From Fusobacteriota bacterium (GTDB lineage: Bacteria; Fusobacteriota; Fusobacteriia; Fusobacteriales; JBNJFI01): a stretch of DNA of 11,869 nucleotides. The notes under the pieces are model-generated. The model saw only the letters and a program-made list of their open reading frames with translations, ran no database searches and was not told where the DNA came from. A program made the translations under genes and the position numbers. Location: NCBI GenBank assembly GCA_051746725.1, contig JBNJFI010000064.1, positions 1 to 11,869 of the forward strand, read 5' to 3'. Within the stretch, counting starts at the first letter, position 1. Each line of letters begins with the position of its first letter. Shown here one piece after another: positions 1-7,365 of this stretch.

Positions 1-21
1 TGCATATATTGTTCGTAACAT
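1..21 (-). CDS. 5' end of a gene running off the left edge (MLRTIYA...), product unknown
   Basis: ATG at 21-19 opens ATG TTA CGA ACA ATA TAT GCA. It is preceded by a strong Shine-Dalgarno AAGGAGG (cctcctt at 26-32). Only 7 codons are visible. Confidence 0.7.
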
Positions 22-95
22 CTTTCCTCCTTACAAATACCTCTACATTTATAGTATTTTATCCCTTTTATTTATCTTATCTTTTTTCTTATCTT

Positions 96-132
96 TTCAC
101 TATTCTCTATTCACTATACTCTGTTCACTGCT
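96..132. repeat. Degenerate heptamer tandem repeat (TTCACTA-type)
   Basis: TTCACTA TTCTCTA TTCACTA TACTCTG TTCACTG CT, immediately downstream of the S41 gene stop codon. Confidence 0.7.
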
Positions 133-136
133 CTAT

Positions 137-2032
137 CTAATATGCACCTATAAATTGCTTAAACCCTTTATTTTTAAACTGTTCTACTTTAATATTTTGA
201 CTCCTCTTTTGAACTAAAGTAGGAAACTCCCCAGATTTTATATGTTCTAAAGCTGCTTTTAGAGAAGCCTCTTCTGGAGATCCGAGTTCTGAATATATAT
301 CATCATTTGCTTTAAAATCTGCAGTTAATCCATCATAAATATTTTCTTCATTTTCGGAAATATAATTATATCCATCAAATTTTCCGTTAGCATTTACTCC
401 TTTGAACATAATTGGAAAAACAATTGATTCTGGCTTTTGAAATGTAAATTTCCCATCTTTTATTGGTGTACCATTCATACCAACAGGTTTTCCATGGGTA
501 TCATCTCCAATTATTATAACATCCATAAATGGTTCTAATCCGTTTATCAAATACTCACTTGCAGATGCTGAATCTTTAGTAGTTATAACATATAATTTTT
601 CTAATTCCAGGGAATTTTCATGTTTGGAAAATTTATAGGTATTCCCCCAATCATTATCCATTAATATTTGATTATATGTTAGTTCTGTAAAAATAGACCC
701 TTCGTATTCGTTTTTGGCTAACATATTTGCTAAATTAGCACATATATTTAAACTTCCACCTCCATTATATCTTAAATCCAAAACCATCTCATCTATTCCT
801 ACTGATCCAAAGCTTGTAATCGCAGTTTCTAATTCGCTAGTAGCATCTCCATTGAAAGTATCAAATACCATATATCCCACTTTTTTGTCTTCATTCTCAT
901 CAGTTTGAATTTCAAATGTTTTAGTTTCCTGAACAGGATGAATCTCGATTATATCTTTATTCAAATTTAAAGTTTCTAATGTTCCCTCTTTTCGTTTTAC
1001 TTTTAAGATCATCTCTTCGCCTTCTGTAATATTTCCGAAATTATTTTCAATATAATCTTTTCCTCTATCTAATATATTATAGCCATTTATTTCTAATATC
1101 TCATCTCCACGCTTTAATCCCCCTCTTGCTGCTGGAGAGTCTATATATACCCTTTTTATAAATAACTGTTGATTTTGCCACAAAAAAGAGAAGCCAGCTC
1201 CCTTATATTGAGAATTGCTTGACCAAGATAAATATTCATCATAAGATACTATAAAACTCCACTGGTCATATCCCCCTTGCTCCTTTGAATATAGCATAGA
1301 ATCTAAAATTTCTGAATAATTATTATATTGATCATAATCAATATTTTCTGGCATATTATCGTTCCATAAATATCTTGCTTTCATTACTTCATATAGATCA
1401 TCAGGATTGGAAGTATAAAATTTAGTAGCATAATCGCCAAATTTTTCTGTTTTTATTTTCCAAATATAATCCTTATTCCAGTCTAACTTTTTTGATTCCA
1501 ATGTTATTGAAGTTTCTGTTGTTTTTCCAATTAATTCCAAATTATCCTCATCTACTCCAATAAAAACTTCATATTCTAAACCTGTTTCATCAGTATCTAA
1601 AAAATTCCAATCTAATTCTATATCTTTTACTTTTTCTATTGTTTCATTTTCCTTTGGGTAATTCAGTGATATTACTCCAGGGGTTTTAAAATCTGAAATA
1701 TATTCATCTAAAATATGACCATTGCTGTTTTGTATTATAACCTTCCAAAAATATTTACTATTCCAATCTAACTTTTTTGATATAAAAATTTGAGATATAT
1801 CTGTCTCCCCTAAAAGTTCTAAATTATCTATGTCTTTTCCCAAGTACACTTTATATTCTGCTCCCGATAGATCACTATTTAAAAATTTCCAATCTAATTT
1901 TATATTTTCAACTGCTTCAACCTCAGATCCTTTTTTGGGAAAAATAATCTCGATATCCCCCTCATCAGAATTGTCAAAGCACCCTGTAACTAAAAATATC
2001 ACTGTCAATATAATTAATATATTTTTTTTCAT
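137..2032 (-). CDS. S41-family (C-terminal processing/tail-specific) serine peptidase lipoprotein with two N-terminal Fn3/Ig-like repeats and a PDZ domain
   Basis: Lipobox LVTG-C18. PDZ motif 'VYIDSPAARGGLKRGDEILEING'. S41 motifs 'VLDLRYNGGG', 'SASASE' (catalytic Ser) and 'GDDTHGK' (catalytic Lys). SD AGGGGA just upstream. Confidence 0.9.
   Translation of the reverse strand: MKKNILIILTVIFLVTGCFDNSDEGDIEIIFPKKGSEVEAVENIKLDWKFLNSDLSGAEYKVYLGKDIDNLELLGETDISQIFISKKLDWNSKYFWKVIIQNSNGHILDEYISDFKTPGVISLNYPKENETIEKVKDIELDWNFLDTDETGLEYEVFIGVDEDNLELIGKTTETSITLESKKLDWNKDYIWKIKTEKFGDYATKFYTSNPDDLYEVMKARYLWNDNMPENIDYDQYNNYSEILDSMLYSKEQGGYDQWSFIVSYDEYLSWSSNSQYKGAGFSFLWQNQQLFIKRVYIDSPAARGGLKRGDEILEINGYNILDRGKDYIENNFGNITEGEEMILKVKRKEGTLETLNLNKDIIEIHPVQETKTFEIQTDENEDKKVGYMVFDTFNGDATSELETAITSFGSVGIDEMVLDLRYNGGGSLNICANLANMLAKNEYEGSIFTELTYNQILMDNDWGNTYKFSKHENSLELEKLYVITTKDSASASEYLINGLEPFMDVIIIGDDTHGKPVGMNGTPIKDGKFTFQKPESIVFPIMFKGVNANGKFDGYNYISENEENIYDGLTADFKANDDIYSELGSPEEASLKAALEHIKSGEFPTLVQKRSQNIKVEQFKNKGFKQFIGAY
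1412..1954 (-). repeat. Two tandem ~90-aa Fn3/Ig-like domain repeats inside the S41 gene
   Basis: aa 27-117 and aa 121-207 share I.LDW.FL..D..G.EY.V..G.D.DNLEL.G.T....I...KKLDWN..Y.WK...F.T. Confidence 0.8.
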
Positions 2033-2048
2033 TATTCCCCTTTCTTGT

Positions 2049-5000
2049 CTAATTTGATATTGCTCCTCTTGTAGTTATTTGTATTGCTGAATTACTAGAT
2101 ATACTTACTTCTACAAAAGAAGTATCACTAATATTTTGTCCTTGATCTTTTATTTGTATTTCATATCTATATGAATTTCCCAAACTTATTGAATTATCTA
2201 TGTATGTTGTATTATTAATATCTTCTTGAGTTTTGGAATTAGATCCTCTTGTAATTATATATTCTTGAAAATCCTCTTCATTTAATAGTTCAGGTTTATC
2301 CCAACTAATCATCATAAAATCTTCGTCTTCATCCATTCCATAGTTTGCTTTAATAGTATCAAAATTAATTGCAGCTGGAGTTAAATCAATAGTTTGAAAC
2401 ATAACAGTTTCAATGGAATTATTTTCATCTTTATCTATATTATTTTCATTTACATTTTGATTTTCGTCTTCTATTATTATTTTATACTTATAATAATAAT
2501 TTTCTTTTAAGTTGGTCTCCTTAAAAACCAATGCTCCAGAAGTTATATTTATATCAGAATCATTCATTTTTTCTCCTGTTTTTATAGTTCCTGATTCGGA
2601 ATAACTAAATAAAAATATCGAAGGAGATACATCTTCATCTTTTGATTTCTGGGCAGGAGTCCTATATACCTTATAATAACTAAGATCATAAACATATGGA
2701 CTCATATCTGTCATTTCAAAATTTAATTCTATTTTTTTATTCCCATCATCTTCCCCGTATAAATTAGCAGAAGATATGGCTAACCCTGATTCTGATATAT
2801 TTAAATTATCCAAATTAGGAGGCAAGTTATAAGTGTATTCTTCTTGCTCTGATATATTAGAAGAAGCTCCGCCATTATCCACAACTTTTATACCATATTT
2901 ATATTTTTTATTTTCTTTATCTATATCGAAATTTTCTGAATAGCTAGTCACTTTTAAATCTTGTATACTTTTTATAATCTTATCGTCTCTATATATCCAA
3001 TATTCTTGAAAATCATGTTTATCTTCTGAATAAACTTCTTCCCAATTTAAATTAAAACCAACTTCATCTTTAGTCTCATCATAAAATATTTCCAAAGTAT
3101 CTAACTCTATATCTTCAGGAGTTTTATTTGAAGTAGATTTAATAATCTCATTGGAAATCTTATCATTTACTTTATCTCCTGTTGCCATCAGTTTAATCTT
3201 ATATTTAGTATTATCTAAAAGTCCATCTATAATTTTACTATTTGTATCTTTTTTCAAAGTAGAAAATGGATCTTCTGGATAATCTGTGCCATCTTCAGCA
3301 ATAAATATATTAACACTGTAATCAACTTCAACTTCTAATGTATTCCAGGATATTTCCATACTGTCTGTTGTTATATTATTAGGATCATTTAATTCCAATC
3401 TCTTGTTTAATAATACATCATAAAATATATTTACTGAATATTCGACTCTATTTCCATTTCCATCTTCCACATATATTCTTTTTTGATTATCCCCATATTC
3501 TAAATCATTTCCAGATAAAGTCCATTCTTTTTTGATTTCATTAGGATTATCTTTTCCTTCTTTCCAAGCCAAAACATCTTCATCGAAAGTTAAGTTGATT
3601 TTATAAGAAGAATTCCCTACGTAGTGTATTCCCTCTTTTTGAGTTGCAGTTATATCAGAATCAGAATATTTGATCTCCATATTCATATCTATTTTATCTA
3701 AATCTATTTGTCTAATATTTCCTGCATAATCTTCTAAATATATTTTTTTTAAATTTTCTTTATCTAAGTCTATATATTTATTTTCTAAAATCTCTTCTCC
3801 ATATTTAATATTTAATATCCCACTTGTTAAGTCAAATGCATTATAATTCAATTTTATATCATTAATAGAATCATTTAATAATATAAATCTATCTGTTTCC
3901 GTTTTTACATCTAAAGCATTTGCACCTGTTATATCTAAGTCGTAGTCTAGATTTATATTAGGATATACTTTATCTTGAATTATGTCTATAGATTTTGAAG
4001 TAGTGTTTTTACTTATATCTTCAACTTCTATTTTTAATGTATTCTCATCTTCTACTGTCACTAACTCTTGAGAACTTTTTTCATTTGAATTCCAAAAATA
4101 TATAGAACTCATTGTTATTCCAGTATTATCGTTTTCCATCGAAAAATTTATTTCATCTATAATTTCATTAATAGTTACCTCATCTTTATTTATATATGTT
4201 TCCTCTAAGCATTCAATTTTAGGAATTTCAGTATCATAATAAATCGAAAATTCATTGGAAGTTCTTATTTTAGCTTCGTTTAATACTTCTATTTGTATAG
4301 TATTTTCATAATTTTCTAATTCTAAGTTTTTTCTATAAGAAAAACTTGATCCTGAAGTTATTGAAGATTTAGTTAATATAGTTTCTCCTAGTTTGACTTC
4401 TTCTATATCCAACCCGTTATCCGTTTCTACATTAAAGCTTATTTCTATTGAATTATTTCTAGTATAATATTTTTCTTCATATTCCTGTCCCTCTTGAATT
4501 CCAAAATCTATTACTCTATTTTGATTTATTTCAATATTTTTCAAATAGTTTACTTTTATATCTTTTTCTGTTATATTTCCCCAATAATCTTCTGCCATTA
4601 TTTTTATATTGTTTTCTCCATCATCTAATTCATAAAAATTATCTTTATTGATATCATGCTCATTTTCATTTACCTCTATATTTTTTATTTCACTATTATC
4701 TTCTAAATCAAACTCTAATTTTATTTGAGATTGATTATATTTGAAATCATCTTTATATACGATATCATCAATTTTTATATTTTTAATAATTGGCCCGTTA
4801 TTATCATACTCAAATATTAATGTCTTTCGTTGGGTATTTCCCATTATATCTTTAGCTATAACTTCCAAATTTTCAATACCATTACTAGTTAAATTTATCT
4901 CATAGTGATCATTATTTTTTGTTAAACCTTTTTCATCTCCATTTTTATCTACAGTTACATTCTTTATTGAATTATTATCTTCAACTTTTAAAGTTAAATA

Positions 5001-5435
5001 TATCTCTTCGACAGTATCAGAATTACCTATTATCATATGCTCTGTATAATCTCTATTATTTATTTTTATTTCTGAAAACGTAGGTAATTCAATATCTTCT
5101 ATTAATTTTATCTTTCTAGTTGTCTTATTATTACCAGTATCATATACTTCAAATAATATTTCAGAGTTATTTTCAGATATCATTATATCAAAATTTCCAT
5201 CATTATCAAAATCAATTTCATCTCCATTGAGCTTTAAATAATCTAAATTTCCATTATCTTTAATTTTTCCAGTTACTTTAAAACTACTTGTATTATAATA
5301 AATTATCCACTGGCCATTGAAGTTAATTGCCTCATTAACTTCAATGGTTGGAGGAGTGTTGTCAAATATTCCTGATAAGCACCCTGATAAAATTATTGAT
5401 ATTATTATTAAAAAAATCCCTTTTTTGCAATCCAT
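2049..5435 (-). CDS. Large acidic lipoprotein built of tandem Ig-like and fibronectin type III-like domains
   Basis: Lipobox ILSG-C19. Recurring Ig-fold boundary motifs DxxxPxI/F (DNTPPTI, DIELPTF, DNNGPII, DTEIPKI, DKVYPNI) and DxxGN hairpins (DIMGN, DYWGN, DYAGN, DGNGN). C-terminal Fn3 signatures ('ITTDSMEISWN...IDGLLDNTKYKIKL', 'MISWD...YRYEIQIKD'). SD AGGGGGA at 5449-5443. No catalytic motif recognised. Confidence 0.8.
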   Translation of the reverse strand: MDCKKGIFLIIISIILSGCLSGIFDNTPPTIEVNEAINFNGQWIIYYNTSSFKVTGKIKDNGNLDYLKLNGDEIDFDNDGNFDIMISENNSEILFEVYDTGNNKTTRKIKLIEDIELPTFSEIKINNRDYTEHMIIGNSDTVEEIYLTLKVEDNNSIKNVTVDKNGDEKGLTKNNDHYEINLTSNGIENLEVIAKDIMGNTQRKTLIFEYDNNGPIIKNIKIDDIVYKDDFKYNQSQIKLEFDLEDNSEIKNIEVNENEHDINKDNFYELDDGENNIKIMAEDYWGNITEKDIKVNYLKNIEINQNRVIDFGIQEGQEYEEKYYTRNNSIEISFNVETDNGLDIEEVKLGETILTKSSITSGSSFSYRKNLELENYENTIQIEVLNEAKIRTSNEFSIYYDTEIPKIECLEETYINKDEVTINEIIDEINFSMENDNTGITMSSIYFWNSNEKSSQELVTVEDENTLKIEVEDISKNTTSKSIDIIQDKVYPNINLDYDLDITGANALDVKTETDRFILLNDSINDIKLNYNAFDLTSGILNIKYGEEILENKYIDLDKENLKKIYLEDYAGNIRQIDLDKIDMNMEIKYSDSDITATQKEGIHYVGNSSYKINLTFDEDVLAWKEGKDNPNEIKKEWTLSGNDLEYGDNQKRIYVEDGNGNRVEYSVNIFYDVLLNKRLELNDPNNITTDSMEISWNTLEVEVDYSVNIFIAEDGTDYPEDPFSTLKKDTNSKIIDGLLDNTKYKIKLMATGDKVNDKISNEIIKSTSNKTPEDIELDTLEIFYDETKDEVGFNLNWEEVYSEDKHDFQEYWIYRDDKIIKSIQDLKVTSYSENFDIDKENKKYKYGIKVVDNGGASSNISEQEEYTYNLPPNLDNLNISESGLAISSANLYGEDDGNKKIELNFEMTDMSPYVYDLSYYKVYRTPAQKSKDEDVSPSIFLFSYSESGTIKTGEKMNDSDINITSGALVFKETNLKENYYYKYKIIIEDENQNVNENNIDKDENNSIETVMFQTIDLTPAAINFDTIKANYGMDEDEDFMMISWDKPELLNEEDFQEYIITRGSNSKTQEDINNTTYIDNSISLGNSYRYEIQIKDQGQNISDTSFVEVSISSNSAIQITTRGAISN

Positions 5436-5532
5436 ATTAATATCCCCCTATTATATTTTTTAAAGTTTCACTTATTAATATCGGAATTTTTTCTTTTTTG
5501 TTTAGATATCCCTGAAATTAACTATTTATATT

Positions 5533-6012
5533 TTATAAACCGACCTTTTTTGCCCAACGATCTAATTTTTCTAAACTATCTTTTTTGTTTTCCAAAACTT
5601 TTTTGAAATCAATCTCTCCTATAAATTTATTTCCATGAAGAATATTTTTAAATTTCCTAAATATTGTTCCTTTAGCTCCCTCATGACAACAAATAAATCC
5701 AATCTTTTTATCTTTAATATTTTCAGAATCTATAAAAGTTCTAATTGGAGGAGCATACGTGCTAACCCAAACAGGGGTTGCAAATATTATGGTATCATAT
5801 TTTTCTAAATCAATATCGTAATCCTTTAATTTAGGCTTTTTTGGAAGTAGTGTTTGGGTTTCTCCCCAGAAAAATTTTGTTAATTCATTTGTCTCTACCT
5901 TTTTTTTAGGTACTAGTTCTAATATATCCCCCTTAATAATAGTCTTTAGATTTTCAGCTAAAAATTTAGTGTTTCCCTCTAATGAATAAAAAACAATGAT
6001 TTTATTTTCCAT
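5533..6012 (-). CDS. Flavodoxin-family protein
   Basis: FMN phosphate-binding loop 'FYSLEGNTK', 'YDTIIFATPVW...APPIRTF' and 'FICCHEG'. 159 aa. SD AGGAGGG at 6023-6017. Confidence 0.88.
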   Translation of the reverse strand: MENKIIVFYSLEGNTKFLAENLKTIIKGDILELVPKKKVETNELTKFFWGETQTLLPKKPKLKDYDIDLEKYDTIIFATPVWVSTYAPPIRTFIDSENIKDKKIGFICCHEGAKGTIFRKFKNILHGNKFIGEIDFKKVLENKKDSLEKLDRWAKKVGL

Positions 6013-6052
6013 CTAGCCCTCCTGTGAATTCAAATTATTATATACTTACTTT

Positions 6053-6081
6053 ATTATAACATATTTAAGGAAATTTCTTAA
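6053..6081 (-). promoter_or_regulatory. Putative sigma70 promoter for the flavodoxin gene
   Basis: Extended -10 TGtTATAAT (6061-6053), 17-bp spacer, weak -35 TTAAGA (6081-6076). Confidence 0.55.
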
Positions 6082-6108
6082 TTTTTTATTGCTAATTAAT
6101 TAATACTC

Positions 6109-6137
6109 TTGAAAATAATCATGAATTGATGTATAAT
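6109..6137 (+). promoter_or_regulatory. Putative sigma70 promoter for metX
   Basis: TTGAAA (6109-6114), 17-bp spacer, TATAAT (6132-6137). SD GGAGGT follows at 6144-6149. Confidence 0.7.
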
Positions 6138-6154
6138 TATTTTGGAGGTAAATT

Positions 6155-7336
6155 ATGAAAAAAATTAGTGGAAGAAAAAAACGAGAAAAAAAATACCCCC
6201 CGAATTCTGCAGAAACACTAAATCTTAAAACGGGAAGTTATACCTTTGCTACAGGCGAAAAATCTGATCCCCTTTTAAAACTAGAATCAGGGATAGAATT
6301 TGGACCTATAACATTGGCATATGAAAGCTACGGAAAATTAAATGACAAAAAAGATAATGCCATTCTTATCTGTCATGCTTTAACAGGTAATGCTCATGTT
6401 GCAGGAAAGATAGATAAAGACTCTGAAACTGGATGGTGGGATCCAATCATTGGACCAGGTAGACCCTTAGATACAGATAAATACTTTATTGTCTGCTCTA
6501 ATATTTTAGGAGGCTGTAGCGGTTCCACAGGACCTCATTCAATAAATCCTGAAACTGATGAACCCTATGCAATGGATTTTCCTACTATTACAATTAAAGA
6601 TATGGTGAATTCGCAAAAAAGGATGCTCACAGAACATTTTGAAATTAATCACTTAGACACAATAATTGGGGGATCTATTGGAGGAATGCAAGCATTACAA
6701 TGGGGAGTTACATATCCTAATTTTACTGATAAATTAGGTATAATTGCAGCTACTCCAAGATTATCATCACAAGCAATAGCATTTAATAAAATAGGACGAC
6801 ATGCTATTATGATGGATCCAAAATGGAATCATGGTAACTACTACAATTCCACAAATACCATTGAAGGTTTTGCTTTAGCCAGAATGGTGGCTCATATCAC
6901 ATATTTATCTGATGAAGGAATGCAGATAAAATTTGGTCGTGAACATTCCGATATATCTGAGTATTTTGAATTTGATAAAACATTTGAAGTAGAAAATTAT
7001 TTAGATCATCAAGGTTATAAATTTATAAAAAGATTCGATGCAAATTCATACTTATTCTTAAGTAAAGCTATGGACCTTTTTAATATCAGTCGAGATTTTG
7101 ATAGTTTAAAAGATGCCATTGCAAATATTCAATCAAAAAAGACATTGGTTATTTCTTTTACTTCTGATTGGTTATTTCCACCTTATCAATCAAAAAAGAT
7201 TACAAAATTACTAGATGAATTAAATAAACCTTTTGAATACCATGAAATCTCTTCACACCATGGCCATGATTCTTTTTTAATTGAATATGATAAAATAAAT
7301 CCAATAATTTCCAATTTTGTAAACGAAAAGCGGTAA
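6155..7336 (+). CDS. metX: Homoserine O-acyltransferase, MetX family (probably O-acetyltransferase)
   Basis: 'LICHALTGNAH', 'GWWDPIIGPG', 'GGCSGSTGP', nucleophile elbow 'GGSIGGMQ', 'RFDANSY', 'SDWLFPP' (Asp) and 'HGHDSFL' (His). Confidence 0.95.
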   Translation: MKKISGRKKREKKYPPNSAETLNLKTGSYTFATGEKSDPLLKLESGIEFGPITLAYESYGKLNDKKDNAILICHALTGNAHVAGKIDKDSETGWWDPIIGPGRPLDTDKYFIVCSNILGGCSGSTGPHSINPETDEPYAMDFPTITIKDMVNSQKRMLTEHFEINHLDTIIGGSIGGMQALQWGVTYPNFTDKLGIIAATPRLSSQAIAFNKIGRHAIMMDPKWNHGNYYNSTNTIEGFALARMVAHITYLSDEGMQIKFGREHSDISEYFEFDKTFEVENYLDHQGYKFIKRFDANSYLFLSKAMDLFNISRDFDSLKDAIANIQSKKTLVISFTSDWLFPPYQSKKITKLLDELNKPFEYHEISSHHGHDSFLIEYDKINPIISNFVNEKR

Positions 7337-7365
7337 AAGAGTTTATAACTCTTCCACCGCTTTTT
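7326..7365. terminator. Bidirectional intrinsic terminator overlapping the ends of metX and the kinase gene
   Basis: AAAAGCGGT-aa-AAGAGTT-tat-AACTCTT-cc-ACCGCTTTT(T): an inverted repeat with T-tracts available on both strands. Confidence 0.75.

Noticed and set aside
1..21. Assigning the edge gene as a PlsC-like acyltransferase from its MLRTI start
   Set aside because: Seven residues are not enough to assign a product.
61..136. CRISPR-like array or iterons
   Set aside because: The units are 7 bp and contiguous, with no unique spacers and no cas or rep gene.
714..908. 64-aa plus-strand ORF
   Set aside because: Antisense shadow inside the S41 catalytic domain, with no SD or recognisable motif.
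1830..2057. 75-aa plus-strand ORF
   Set aside because: Antisense to the S41 5' end and its signal peptide, with no supporting signals.
5450..5478. Minus-strand TATAAT with TTAATA upstream of the large lipoprotein gene
   Set aside because: The implied start site would fall inside or beyond the SD, and such hexamers are frequent in this AT-rich DNA. Read-through from the flavodoxin gene, which has no visible terminator, is equally plausible.
6013..6154. SAM riboswitch or T-box upstream of metX
   Set aside because: No conserved S-box or T-box motifs or GC stems, and the region is occupied by two divergent promoters.
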